The notes beneath the pieces are model-generated. The model saw nothing but the letters and a program-made list of their open reading frames with translations, was not told where the DNA came from and did not search any database. A stretch of DNA of 64,000 bases from the human T2T-CHM13v2.0 reference genome, Homo sapiens. Below, piece after piece: positions 1 to 26,510 of this stretch. Every line of letters starts with the position of its first letter. The first letter of the stretch is position 1. Where the stretch lies: assembly GCF_009914755.1 (NCBI RefSeq), contig NC_060932.1; one strand, 5' to 3'. Both the position numbers and the translations under genes were made by a program.

Positions 1-80
1 GAACTCCTGACCTCAGGTGACCCACCTGCCTCAGCCTCCCAAAGTGCTGGGATTACAGGCGTCAGCCACTGCACCCGGCC
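1..80 (-). mobile_element. Alu left arm (cut by window edge)
   Basis: cctcagcctcccaaagtgctgggattacaggcg...cccggcc is the reverse complement of the Alu 5' end. Confidence 0.93.
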
Positions 81-772
81 CCAAACATTTTTCAAATGTA
101 TTTACAAATCATGGGAAGTGTTATAAGGAAGAACAACAGAATTCAAGGAAAAGAGAAAACGGCATTCGATGAAAGAGAAAAATAAAACAGTTCCACTTAA
201 GGCTGAAAGGACCACTGAGGACCTCTCCGAAGAAATGGCATCCAGCTGTGACCTGAGGATGACTGGGAGTGAGGCAGGAAGGACAGGGAAGAGTGTCCCC
301 GAAGGAGGCAAGAGGCATCAGAAGACCTCAGACTGATGCAGTCTTAAATGTTACAGATAACTGGCCCCGGGACAGGAAAAAAAGAAAATGAGGACCACTC
401 CTAAGATAACTTGCATAGAGCCCAGGAGGCTTGCTTTTACCCTGAAGCCAGCCTGGAGTTATATTCAAAGGATGCAAAAAAAAAAAAAAAAAAAAGGAAC
501 CGAAAAGCAATTTAAATCTTGCCTGAAGTCTCTCAAAAGCACAGCAAATGGGAATTCCATTCACAAGTGCACATAGAAATCTATTAAAATACACTTTCTT
601 ATCACTCTACAAAGCAATAGTGTGATTGCTTTAAAAACTTTCTTCTTCCTAAACACTACTCCTTCCCAATTAAATTTCTCCAGAATCCAGCCTAAATGAG
701 CTTAGACACCCAACTCTCCCGTGCTAAGACTCTGAGGTCTAATCTCTCCTCCTCCACCAGTAACTCTTAGCA

Positions 773-1067
<295 letters not shown>

Positions 1068-1309
1068 TAAAATGTAAATCCTACAAGTTTTAGGGCTTGT
1101 CCAGTTATTTTGTCCAAAATTAACTGTGTGGCTAGGGCAGACCCCTCCCTGGCCCTCATCTGCAACCAAAGGCCAGGGAGGGCCTGCCCTAGCAACACAC
1201 ACTCTTTCTGGGGGAGCCAGGGAGGGACAGGCCTTGCAAACCCCATTCACGCTGGCCTCAGGGGATGCTATGGGAAGCATACTAGACCTGACCAAAGATC
1301 TCATTTGAC

Positions 1310-1490
1310 AAACAGCCACTAACATTTGCTGAGCACTGTCCAAAGCACCTCACAAGGACTAACCAATTCAATCCTTACAACCTCTACCAGTAAACGAGTG
1401 TAAACTAGTGGCCCACTTACAGATGAGAAAGTGGGCACACAGGACTCAGGGACACGGCCAGCATCCCACAGCTGGTCAGTAATGGCGTCC
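1310..1490 (-). mobile_element. MIR fragment (approximate)
   Basis: aacatttgctgagcact...ttcaatccttacaacc...cccacttacagatgagaaagtgggcac resembles the MIR core. Confidence 0.6.
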
Positions 1491-1952
1491 TGTGCTCCCA
1501 CCAGCTGTGCAACCTCAGGAGTAACACTGTGCCCTGCCTGCCCTGGTCCCTCACATGGCACGTGGAACGCGTGGTCTCCACTCACCAGGCTGTAAGAAAT
1601 GAGGTTACGCATGTGAAGCCATTTACCATGAGGCCACAGCTAGCCTTGGCGTGGATTAGAAAGAGATGCCCCGTAGGCAAACACAGCCTGCAGGCACCAG
1701 GCTTAGCAAGGCATGCCCAGAAGGTCCCTACAGGAGACAACAGCGCCCCTTCATCTGAATGCACCCAGCTCTGAGCTGCAGATGGCTGGCAAGCAGGGCC
1801 CAGCACCCCGCACAGGCTGCAACTGCACGGCGACCCTGCCCAGCACAGCAGCTGCTCCAGGTATGTCACCTAAAATACCAAGAAACAGAGAAGAAAATGG
1901 GAACAATCACCTTTTGTGAACAATCAATTTTTTGTAACATCTAATAAGGACA

Positions 1953-2473
1953 ATTTATTTCAACTTTTACTTTAAGTTCAGGGCTACAAGTGAAGGTTAC
2001 ACTGGTAAACGTGTTTCATAGGGGTTTATTGTACAGATTAGTTTGTGACCCAGGTATTAAGCCTAGTACCCATTAGTTATTTTTCCTGATCCTCTCCCTC
2101 CTTCTACCCTCCACCCTCCAAAAGGCCCCAGTGTATGTTATTCCCCTCTATGTGGCCATGTGTTCTCATAATTTAGCTCCCACTTATAAGTGAGAACATG
2201 TGGTATTTGGTTTTCTGTTCCTGCAGTAGTTTGGTATGAATAATCACCTCCAGCTCCATCCATATCCCTGTAAAGAACATGATCTCATTTTTTATGGCTG
2301 CATAATATTCCACAGTGTATATGTAGCACATTTTCTTTATCCAGTCTATCACTGATGGGCATTGAGGTTGATTCCATATCTTTGCCATTGTGAATAATCC
2401 TGCAATGAACACACCTGTCCATGTGTCTTTATAATAGAATGATTTAAAGAAATATAAATCATTCTATTATAAA
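1953..2473 (-). mobile_element. 5'-truncated L1PA13-16-like 3' end with short inverted 5' junction
   Basis: acccaggtattaagcctagtacccattagttatttttcctgatcctctccc is a typical older L1PA 3'UTR; ORF 2173..2412 resembles the ORF2p C-terminus. Confidence 0.85.
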
Positions 2474-2499
2474 ATTTTTTAATAAATAAAAATATCCCT

Positions 2500-4030
2500 A
2501 ATCTCGAGGCTTACTATAAAACTATAGTACTCAAGATAGTGTGGTACTGGTGAAAGAACAAATAGGTTAATGGAGCAAAAGAGACAGCCCAGAAATAGAA
2601 TCTCCTAAGTATAGTCAACTGGTCTTTGACAAAGCAGCAAAGGCAATCAATGGAGCAGAGACAGTCTTTTCAATAAATGGTGCTGAAATAACTGGACATC
2701 CACAAGCAAAAAAATAACTCTAGACACAGACCTCACACTCTTCACAAAAATTAACTCAAAACAGATCATAAACCCAAATGCAGGATGAGAAAATACAAAC
2801 CTCCCAGAAGTTAACACAAGAGAAAATCTAGGTGACCTTAGGTATACTAATGTTATATCTTTAGATAAAACACCCAAGGTATAACCCATCAAAGAAAGAA
2901 TTGATAAGCTAGACTTCGTTAAAATTTAAAACTTCTGCTCTGCAAAAGACATATCAAGAGAATGAGAAAACAAGACACAGACTGGGAAGAAATATTTGCA
3001 AAAGACACAACTGATAAAGGACTGTCATCCAAATCATAGAAAAAACTCTTAAAGTCAACAGCAATGAAACAAACAACCTAATTAAAAAGGGGGCAAAAGA
3101 TCTGAACAGACATTTCACCAAAGAAGGTATCCAGATGGCAAATAAGCATAAGAAAAATGCTCAACATCATATGTCATCAGGAAATTGCAAAGTAAAGCAA
3201 CGAGATACCACTACACACCTATTAGAATGGCCAAAATCTAACAGTGACAACCCCAAATGCTGGCAAGGATGTGGAGCAGCAGGAACTCTCATTCATTGCT
3301 GAAGGGGATGCAAAATGGTTCAGCCACTGTGGAAGACAGTTTGGCGGGTTCTTACAAAAGTAAACATATTTTTACCATATCATCCAGGAACCATGCCCCT
3401 TGATATTTACTCAAATGAGCTGAAAACTTATATCCACACAAAAACTTGCACATGAATGTTTATGGCTGTTTTACAATTGCCAAAACTTGCAGGCAACCAA
3501 GTTGTCAACCAAGATTCATTAGGTGAATGTATAAATAACTGTGACATATTCTGATAGTAGAATATTATTCAGCACTATAAAGTAATGAGCTATCAAGCTG
3601 AGAAAAGATATGAAGGAAACTTAAATGTATATTACTAAGAGAAAGAAGCCAATTTGAAAAGGCTACATATTGTATGATTCCAACTATATGACACTCTGGA
3701 AAGGCAAAACTATGGAGACAGTAAAAGGGTCAGTGGTTGCCAGAAGGTAATAAATAGGGAGGGAGGGATGAGGAGACAGAGCACAAAGGATCTTCACGGC
3801 AGGGAAACTTCTCTGTATGATATCATAATGGTGGATACTCATCACTACACATTTGTCAAAACCCACAGAATGTACACCACCAAGAGTGAACCCTAATGTA
3901 AACTACGAACTTTGGGTGATGATGATGTGTCAACATAGGTTCATCAATTGCAACAAATGTACCACCCTGGTATGGGGTGTTAACAGTGGGGAAGTCTGTG
4001 CGTCTGCAAGGGCAGGAGGTAAGTGGGTCA
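2500..4030 (+). mobile_element. L1MC1/2-like ORF2 end and 3'UTR
   Basis: gtggtactgg, caataaatggtgctg, and 3'UTR motifs aaaacccacagaatgtacaccaccaagagtgaaccctaatgtaaact. Confidence 0.85.
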
Positions 4031-4209
4031 TCAGCCTCAATTCACACATCCTCATGGTCCATCTAAAGGTGTCAATCATGAAATAAGGGGTGGGGAGACA
4101 GGTTCCATCCTATCCCTCCAGGGAACACCGAGGAAAAAGAAATTAGAGAAAGGAAGGGCAGGTGAAGAAAAACTATCATAAACCTCGTCTCAGAGCACAC
4201 CTTATCCAT

Positions 4210-4450
4210 CTTTGTGTATGACCTCTCCAGGTCTCCTCTATTCTGCACCCCGTCATGGTTTTTGGGGTTTCTTTAAACGTGGGACTTGGCATCTGGCTGT
4301 GCTGGCTGTGCTGATGACTGGACTCATACTGTTGGTGGAGTTCATTTTGAAGCTGGATCTTATCCCTTGCTTTTGTCTTAGCCGTTGTGATGATACTGAG
4401 TGCAAGAGGTCAAGAGCAGAGTTCAGGACCCTCTCCAGCAGGCCTTCTAT
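4210..4450 (-). mobile_element. CR1/L3 LINE remnant (approximate)
   Basis: Minus strand ...GCTTCAAAATGAACTC...ATGCCAAGTCCCACGTTTA...GTGCAGAATAGAGGAGACCTGG resembles the L3 RT C-terminal region. Confidence 0.5.
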
Positions 4451-4996
4451 TCCGCAGGGACGTCTTGGTTCTTGCTTTGTGCTGGACACCATTCACATGT
4501 TGAGGGTGAACACACAAAGTGCCAAACTCCCTGCCAGATCTCAGCCATCTCACCTGAGTGGACAGCATGACAGGCTTTTATCACTTGCCCAGAGTGGTCA
4601 TCAGCGCTCCGCCTGCCCCTGTGGCTCCAGAGAGGCAGGATATCTTAGGCTCTAAAGACAAAAACCCATAAAAACTGGGGATTTATATGGGGAACTTGAT
4701 GGGACTTGGGGGATTTTCAACCCTGAACACATCTGCTTCACGCAGGGCCTTAGCTCTTCCTGGCATAGCTTCTGGCCAGACCACAGCAGTCCAGAGCAGA
4801 AGTGCCCTCCCCAGACTGCAAAAGCACCCCCCAGGTCTAGTTCTCTTCCCTGAAGAGAAATAAGAGGCTAAAGTGCTGCGTACACTCCATCCCAGCCTCC
4901 CTTCACTCCCCTTCACTGCCCGCCTGACTCTCCTCCTGCTATATTACTCACTCAGTCTGCGTTTTCTCTTCCAAACCCAGTGCCCTCCTTTTAAAT

Positions 4997-5085
4997 GAGG
5001 CAGGAGGATCGCTTCAGCCCAAGAGTTTGAGGCCAGCCTGGGCAACACAGCGAGACCTCATCTCTAAAAAATAAAAATAAATAAA
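4997..5085 (+). mobile_element. Alu monomer fragment (FLAM/AluJ-like)
   Basis: gaggcaggaggatcgcttcagcccaagagtttgaggccagcctgggcaac plus A-rich tail. Confidence 0.85.
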
Positions 5086-5113
5086 TGATTTCAAATATCA
5101 CAGTGTTCTCAGC

Positions 5114-5316
5114 CAGGGATTTCGCAAAGTATAGCTGCCATGCCAAATCTGGCCACCATGTACTAATGTAAACACAGTTCCATGGTGTGCGTGCCGTCCA
5201 TGGCTGCTTTCACACCACAACAGCAGGGTCCAGTCATTTCCGCACAGACCGTGTGGCTCATAAAGCCTAAAATATTTACTATCTGGCCCTTTACAGAGAA
5301 CATTTGCTGACCCCTG
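5114..5316 (+). mobile_element. MER58A hAT-Charlie MITE
   Basis: Degenerate terminal inverted repeats cagggatttcgcaaa...tttgctgacccctg and internal aaagcctaaaatatttactatctggccctttacaga. Confidence 0.85.
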
Positions 5317-5800
5317 CTCGAAGCTAACCAGAATGCATCCTGAGAATCGGATTTGAGGTTCTATCAAATGTAAGTGTTGCCTGGGAAGATGGTTGAACAG
5401 TAAGAAGTCTGGGGAGTGTGACTTAGGAGTGACTGTCACAGCAACCACAGACACGTAAGTTAGAAGCAGGCTCTGGAAGGACCTGAGAGCTCTGTGCAAA
5501 CACCGGGAAGCTGTCACATGTGAGAGGCACCTGTTTATTTCCACTGTAGAGGGCAGAAACTGTCTCCTTTGCCATCGCATCACTCACCCAACACACTGCA
5601 TGGCATGGGGGCAGGAGTATAACGAACTACCTGTTGAATCAATGTACAAAAAAGTCCAGTAGATGTCTTCAGATATTCTAGCAGGTGAAAGTAAGGAGAA
5701 ACATAATGTTTAATTCAACGTTGGGGAGAGCCCTAACTATCAGAATTATCCAAAAGCAGAACTTTTGGATTCATCATAAAGCCATGAGCACCTTCAGTCA

Positions 5801-6158
<358 letters not shown>

Positions 6159-6266
6159 GGATGCCGAAGAACCCATTTTTGCCCTGGTGGGAAATTAACC
6201 TAGATGACATCACAGTTCTTTCCTGTCTAGAAGCCTATACCTTCACTAGCTCTAGGCTTGAACTGA

Positions 6267-6621
<355 letters not shown>

Positions 6622-7071
6622 CCCAAAAATGTTTTTTCTCCTTCTAATCAGACTTTGTCTAATACTGGGCATTATCCTTGTACATATTTGTTATTAGATT
6701 GATAGCTTTATTTTTAATACATATTACCCTGCATTAATATTTCAGAATAAGAATTTACTGCTGAATGCATAGCTCAGGTATACACATATACCCAAGGATA
6801 TTTATTCTGGGTTCATTGATTTGTGCTAAACTAACTAAATCTCATGAGTAAAATTCATTAGGTACTTCCACTGTTTGATTGATGATGACACACCATGCCA
6901 ATGAACTCAAAGGCAATTTCTGACTCCCACTGATAAAGATTCAAGAATCCGAGCCCCAAGGCAAAGCACCAGTACTTTTTCCTATAATCGGATTACAGCA
7001 GGCACCCAACTCCAGGGCAGGGATCTAGTCATTCTGGAGCCACCAGCACCAACCACGATGTCTGCCACTCA

Positions 7072-7476
<405 letters not shown>

Positions 7477-7797
7477 TCAAGGAGAGGGAAAGCCTGGTGA
7501 GCAGCGCATGGCGCAGGCCCCAGGTGGCTTCAGACCTTCCCCAGCCACAGCTGCAGGTGCAGCCCATCTTCCTGCTGATAAAGCCCAGATTCTCTGCTAC
7601 AAAGGTACCTGCTACAAATCTGAGACCTCTACTTTAAGTTCCTTCACAAAAGAAAAGAAAAGGAACAAGAGTTCATCTACACAACAGGATTTTATCAAGG
7701 TCTCTCATCAAACACAAAAATTCTTAAAACACAAGAAGACACAGAATCATGTAACTGGGTAATGAATTATTAACAATACCACTGATATCAGACTTAA

Positions 7798-8228
<431 letters not shown>

Positions 8229-8725
8229 TAACGTACCTGATTTACTCAATACAAGCATCCTGTGAGCTGGCAAATAAGGACATTAACAGCTCAGGGACAC
8301 ATTAATCACCTGTGCAAAATCACACAGCCAAGAAGTATCAGGGACAAGACCTGACTCTGGGCCTGGGCCCTGCCCACTGCACAGCGCCTTCAGAGAAGAA
8401 GGAAGGCAGAGCCCACTCTGCTGCTCCAGGAGCACTGTTAAGGAAGCGCTTCTCTCCCTCCTCTGCCCTGGACGATGAATGTTTCCCTGATGTTTCTGTG
8501 AGTACAGAGCCTTAGCTTGAACGCCCTTCCAACTTGGGCCTCCAAACCCTCCCTCCATCCCCTCTCCTCCGCGCTCACTGCCATGGCCTCGATGGGGCCC
8601 TCGTCAGCCCTCATCTGGAAGAGGAATCGGCATTGTCTTCCTACCACCTCTCGACCTTCCTTCACCTGTCCACACACCCCTGCCAGACTTAGGTTCCTGA
8701 GACATGGCTCAGAGCCCATCACCCG

Positions 8726-9091
8726 AGCCACGGTTTGAATGTTTGTGCCTCCCCAAAATTCACATGTTGAAAGCCTAGCCCCCAAGGTGATGGAATTAGG
8801 AGGTGGGGACTTTAAAAAGTGATTGGGTCAGGGGGTGAAGCACTCACAAATGGAATTAGTGCCCTTATAAGAAGAGACCCTAAAGAGCTAGCTCACCTGT
8901 TGCACCATGTGAGAACACAGAGAAAAGACGGCGGTCTATGAACAAGCAAGTGGGCCCTCCCCAGACACCAAACATGCTGGCACCTGGATCATGGACTTCT
9001 AGCCTCTAGAACTGTGCACAATACATTTCTATTGTTTATCAGCCACCCAGTCTGTGGCATTTTGTGACAGCAGCCTCACCGGACTAAGACA
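8726..9091 (+). mobile_element. MLT1A-like solo LTR (ERVL-MaLR)
   Basis: ggtttgaatgtttgtgcctccccaaaattcacatgttgaaa...gcccttataagaagag...ggactaagaca. Confidence 0.85.
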
Positions 9092-9759
9092 ATCCCCATC
9101 TTGAAACCACTAGACCCCTTCAGGACTGTAAAATGGAGCCCAAATGCCTTCACGGGCATGCCAGGCCCTCCTCAGCCCCAACCTGCTCTGGAAATTCGAG
9201 GCCCCACTGCCTACCTATGACCTCACCAGACTGAACAACTTTAACTCATTTGTTTTCTCATTCTGTCAACACATATTTACTGAACCCCTACTCTGGTGCC
9301 AGCCACTCTTGTGGCAGAGGATACAGCAGTGAGCAAAACAAGCTAAGACTCCTACCCCTGGGGGCCTCCATGCTAATGACAGGCTAGTCCCCTGGCTTAG
9401 AATCAGTGGGGAGGATGACAATAAATCAATGAAAAAATAAACAAAATAGCTGCTCTAAGTCCAGTGAAATACTCTTTGACATAGAATCATGGGTGGAAGC
9501 GTATGAGGCAGGCTGTACTAGGTGACGCCGCCGGGGCACACAGGCTCTCTGCTCCTGCAATGCCTCCACAGCCACATCTGGCTCTCCCTTTGGACACTCG
9601 GTTCCAATGCCACCCTCTCCAAGAAGCTGGTCCTCATGCCCTTCAGCGGGAAGCTGCTGCTTCTTTCCCTAAATTCTCCTAACCATGCTGGACTCCATAA
9701 TGTCCTTTCTCTGTGTCTCCCACACAATTTACCTACATATCGGATCTCTGCCAGCCCCA

Positions 9760-10790
<1,031 letters not shown>

Positions 10791-12457
10791 AGAGGTGGGG
10801 GTACTTAACGCCTTCATCACAAATCTGGAAATGCCCAGACCTTCAGCTGCACCCACTATGTGCCAGACATGATCAAAGATGTTGGGGCAGAGAAGGGGGC
10901 AGAGAAGACGAATACTGATCTTAGCCAGTGCCTGTAAAGAGGTCACCATCTAAAATAAAGGTGACAGCCGGGGAAGGTCACATGCCTTGGCCACCAATGC
11001 GTTAGAACTCCCATTGATTCTTTCATGGAACCTATCTAAGATGAAAGGTTGTAAATAATACTATGATCAGTAATAATATTACTTCATTCCTCTTATCATT
11101 TCAGTGTAATAAGAAGTCAAATGATAAATACTACATTGCAAATGGAATTGACATCACTTTAAAGCCCTAAAACGGTTCCTTAATGGGAAAAGCTGGAGCG
11201 CAACTGCTTTTGGGCACTAGGCAGACAATTGACTGAGAAGCCATGAGCCCAGAGAGCCTCAGGACAAAGCCATGTTTGGTCGACACAGGCACCTATGGCA
11301 CAAGGAGCCGGGGAGTACAAAATGGTCCCTGGCAAAGCTAGGCCAAGATCCTCAGGAAATCTTGAAATGAGATGAAATCCCCAAACTCATTTCCAACCTG
11401 CTGCTCTTTTAGGGCATATTAATCAGCACATCTTTGTTCTAATCTTTCAATAGGCTGCACAGTCACGAAGTCCAAGTTCAGGGCCCAGATGTTTATGTGA
11501 GGTTCCAACGAAAGTGGCTCCAAGACTACTCAAGACAAGGAGCTTTATTCACAAGGCAGACTCTGAGGGATCCAAATATTAACTCACCATTCCATTTCCA
11601 AGTAGAAAGTAAGTTTAGACCTGCTTTATTCTGTTAATAAGAAATAAAGTGACAAGATCAGAGGGAAACTCCAGACACAGGACTTGTCTCTGGCAGGATG
11701 GAGAGGGAGGAATACAGCCTGGAGCTGTAAAGTCCTGAGTTCCAGGGCCACATCTGCATATCCCTAAGAAACAGGGATCATCAAATCTAATTACGATTGT
11801 CAAAAAGACTCAATGAAATAATGCAAACACTGAGCATAAGCCTAAAACTCTCAGTGAGTGTTCAAGAAACAGAAATATCACTGTTAGTTAATGCCTTTGA
11901 CACCACAAGTTCTAACCCCAAGTTAACCAGCCACTGATGCTCTAGAAAATGCCTTAACCCTCATCAGCCTTCTCAAACGTGGGCACTTGCAGTGATCAGA
12001 AGAACAAGTCAGTGACAGATGTGTAGGGGCAGCCTGGTGGCCGCACTCAACTAAATGATGACCGTGGGAGAATGCCGGATGGGAAACAGCAGGCCCCACA
12101 CATTCCCAGGTTTGAAAACACACTCTGCTCCTCTCTCCGGCTATTTCCAGCCATAATTACATGGAGAGAAAATACATCTTCAAAATTATACAAACTTTCC
12201 ATATATGTCTATCAAAAAAGTTTGTTAAAAACATAACCTACTTTCTCATATCCCGGAGTAGGGGTATGAGGCATGCACCAAGGATTTTCCTTTATAAAGC
12301 ATCTGTCTAAAGTAATTGGATCCATTTTCAGTTTTAATCATTCAAAAGTAAGAATGAAAACAAAGCAAAACAAAACAAAAACTTCAATAAGACCCGGTCC
12401 CTCAAAACTTCATGAAGTAGTAGAGGAGATAGGTCCATAAAGAATCACAGTGTTGGA

Positions 12458-13073
<616 letters not shown>

Positions 13074-13470
13074 ATCACAGTGTTGGGAAGAAGATGGATG
13101 GAGAGATGGCTGAAACAGGGATGCTGTGCCCTATGCCTTGGACAGATACCTGGAAGGTTCCTAGACTACCAGGTATACCCACCACATGCTAGAGGAAGGA
13201 CACTTTGTAAACAGTCAGTGCCCTTGTTGAGTGCACCATCCAAAAGAGATGGCCAAGCAAAGTCCGCGCTTGACCCCTGATCACCTCAGTTCCAGCCTTT
13301 GATTCATTCTTGGATAACCTGAAAAACCCACTCCTTTGGCTTCAAGAAATACTGCCTATTTTACCATCTTTGGGTTTAGTGAGCAAGCGAGTTCATGTGT
13401 ACTTTAAAGATGATTTGAACTCTGACTACAGCTTTTCTCCACATTCATCTTTCCATACCAGAGTTCTCAG

Positions 13471-13777
13471 TTTCTTTTTTTTTTCTTCTCTTTTTTTGAG
13501 ACAGAATTTCACCCTTGTGGCCCAGGCTGGAGCGCAGTGGCGTAATCTCGGCTTACTGCAACCTCTGCCTCCCAGGTTCAAACAATTCTCCCGCCTCAGC
13601 CTCCTCAGGAGCTGTGATTACAGGTGCCCGACGCCACACCCGGCTACTTTTTGTATTTTTAGTAGAGACAGGGTTTCGTCATGTTGGCCAAGCTGGTCTC
13701 AAACTCCTGACCTCAGGTGATCCGCCTCAGCCTCCCAAAGTGCTGAGATTACAGGCATGAGCCACTGCACCCAGCCA
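13471..13777 (-). mobile_element. AluS
   Basis: Reverse-complement dimer; TSD agttct(c/g)agtttcttt. Confidence 0.93.
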
Positions 13778-13976
13778 AGTTCTGAGTTTCTTTAAGTCTG
13801 TTCTCCATAAAATCTAGTCCCTCCAATGACAACTCATGCAGCCTGAAATTAAAAGCCAATTAAACAAGACCATACACAGCTAAAACGTCCCCCACCCCCC
13901 ATCACTCCTTTCCTAAACTCCTCTCCTGCCTGTCCGAAATAGACTAATGCCTTCCGCACTACACTACAAAACACTA

Positions 13977-14348
<372 letters not shown>

Positions 14349-14386
14349 TTAAACTAAACCCTCTTTGGATTGGTTTTGTTTCCTTC

Positions 14387-14811
14387 TGTAATGCTTAATA
14401 CTAAGCGTCAACTTGATGGGACTGAAGGATGCAAAGTATTGATCCTGGGTGTGTCTGGGAGGGTGCTGCCAAAGGAGATTAACATTTGACTCGGTGGGCT
14501 GGGAGAGGCAGACCCACACTTCATCTGCTGCCAGCGCAGCTAAGAATATAAGCAGGCAGAAAATATGAAAAGACGAGGCTGGCCTAGCCTCCCAGCCTAC
14601 ATCTTTCTCCCATGCTAGATGCTTCCCCAACTAGAACATTGGACTCCAAGTTCTTCATTTTTGAGACTCGGACTGGCTCTCCTTGCTCCTCAGCTTGCAG
14701 ACGGCCTATTGTGGAACCTTGTAATCATGTGAGTTAATACTTAATAAACTCCCCTTTATATATGTATATATCCTATCAGTTCTGTCCCTCTAGAGAACCC
14801 TGACTAATACA
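14387..14811 (+). mobile_element. MLT2A1 solo LTR (HERV-L)
   Basis: TG...CA termini (tgtaatgcttaatact...ccctgactaataca), 5-bp TSD ccttc on both sides, aataaa signal. Confidence 0.9.
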
Positions 14812-15329
14812 CCTTCCAACAAGATCAAGTTTCCTTATTTTCTTACTTTAAGGACTGAGGTATTTTCTATTTCATTCTTTTGCTAAACGTGTCGTTTAGG
14901 GGATCTTGGCTTTACACATGGGTCTGCCATCCAACTCCCAAGTCTGGGCAGGTCTAAGGTTTATTTTCTATCCCTCCTATGTGAGCACTGAAAACTGTTA
15001 CCACAGCTAGGCAGGGCATTCTCTGGCTTCCAAGGCCTACTGACTTTCAGAATTCCTGCTTTTGGGAAAAGGATTTCCTTTTCCTTTCTTAACAATGAGC
15101 TTTGCATTTTGAAAGATGTTGGGGATGGGGATGGGGGGATTTTTATCTCTTAATCAGAATTTTAAGGAACTTGTGCTGAGAGTTTTTGGACCACTATATT
15201 GTCAAAACAAAAATCACTAAGTATTTTCCAAACTTAAGTATTATTTGAAATTTTTCTTTTCTTTCTTTTTAACTATTAACAGACTTTTTTTTTTTTTCAT
15301 TAAAAAACATTGCTCAGTCCATGGCCCAG

Positions 15330-15672
15330 CCTGGTAACTGGGGCCACAGGGCCTGCCCGGTGCTGGTTTTTACCAGGGCAGCCTGGTGCTGGTGTCCGAG
15401 GCAGGCCTGGCACTCACGTTGCTCTCCTTTCCCTAGTGGAGGTCATCTCCCTCCATGCTGTGCTGCCTGGGGCCGGAGGAGGCTGGTTCAAGGCTGTCCT
15501 TCCCATCCTCTTCCATGCACCTTTTCTTATTTATGTGCGACCGTGGGTGTAGCTGTGGTCTCCTGCCTGGTTTCCTGGCTCTTGTGAAGGTGTGTGTGTG
15601 GATGGTTGTCAGGTTGGTGTTTCTTCAGGTGGGCAAGTGCGGAAAGGTCCTATTCTGCCATCTGGCTCACAT
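15330..15672 (-). mobile_element. Old L1M-type 5'UTR fragment
   Basis: Minus strand begins AGATGGCAGAATAGGA (L1 5'-end motif, compare AAGATGGCCGAATAGGA at 18350), followed by L1M2/3-like CACCTTCACAAGAGCCAGGAAACCAGG. Confidence 0.65.
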
Positions 15673-16149
15673 TACACCTTCCCTAAGAGAATTAATATCA
15701 GCCCCAAATCTTCACAGTATACATGACACATTTAAGGTGAAGCAAACATGCAGGAAAGAAATGCTAGGATAAATCACTTGTCCCCATATATTGTTTGCCT
15801 TATAAAAGAATTATTTATTGCAATTAAATTTGCATAAAAAGAAAAAAATTAAGCCAGCAACTAGACTGAAGCCTTGAAGGGACATACAAAATTAAGAAAG
15901 GGATGAAGCCAAAAAATGAGAGGACAATCTATACGCTTAATAAAACCCCTATCCTACAGATGAAATTACCGATTCCTACAACACCTTATCTAAATATGAC
16001 AGTAATGTAAGATGCCTTTCTTATTAGGAAACAGCCAAGATAAAAAATAATCAATTAAAACAAAAAATTAAATTCTAAGTTTTGCCTGCCAACTAAATTT
16101 GTCTCCTTCCTGGAAAAAAGGAAGATTTACTGGTTCTTTATTGTAGGTA

Positions 16150-25453
<9,304 letters not shown>

Positions 25454-26205
25454 TAAAGGGCATATAAGTGTTCATTGAACTACTCCTGCAGCTTTTCTGA
25501 AGGTTTGAAGTCTTTCCAGGTAAAAATAAAGTATATTATACATTACAAATATAAAACAATAAAAGCAATCCCTCATGGGGGGGGTTATGGATTAAGTGCA
25601 GACACAGGTGTGCACACCCACCAATGGTCACTGCCGTCACGGCCACTCAGGCGAGTGGTGCTGATGCTGGCGAGTGCCACAGGATGGAACATGAGTCATA
25701 GCTGACTCCACTTCATGCATCCAACAAACATTAAAAAGTGCCTGGTCTATGACAAGTATTGTGCTTAGCACAGTGGCTAAAAAAATGAATAAGATACAGT
25801 CCCCAGTCTAGAATCTGCATGCATTACCAAACTTTCCTATTAAAAATGTATCACTTTAATATTCAGCTCAGCTCTAAGGTAACCCCTAAGGTAAAGAGCT
25901 TAGAATTTCTAAAAGCAATAAGTGTCTGTAATATGCTCCGTTTATGCATTTATTTACATTCTGCCTCATTGTAAAAAAGGATCTAAAATCAATTTTTTAA
26001 ACACATACAATTTAACAACAATAACCAAAAAAAAAAAAAAAAGATAAAAATCAGTGTAAAAAGAAAATGAGAATTCTAGTTAAAGGAAACCAGGGGAAGG
26101 TTAAATCACAAAAATGTCTGCCATGAAGTAGATGTAATTATTAAGGGTAAGCTAGAGACTCAGCTCTAAGGCTCCTAACAGCTAAAGCAAAACGATAAAG
26201 ATGAA

Positions 26206-26510
<305 letters not shown>

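Noticed and set aside
4212-4655. 147-aa ORF with a hydrophobic, TM-like stretch
   Set aside because: Non-ATG start in the track, no recognisable homology, and it overlaps a probable antisense CR1/L3 remnant.
15286-15672. Processed pseudogene suggested by the poly-T and GC-rich body
   Set aside because: No recognisable protein and no AATAAA before the A-tract; the sequence fits an old L1 5'UTR better.
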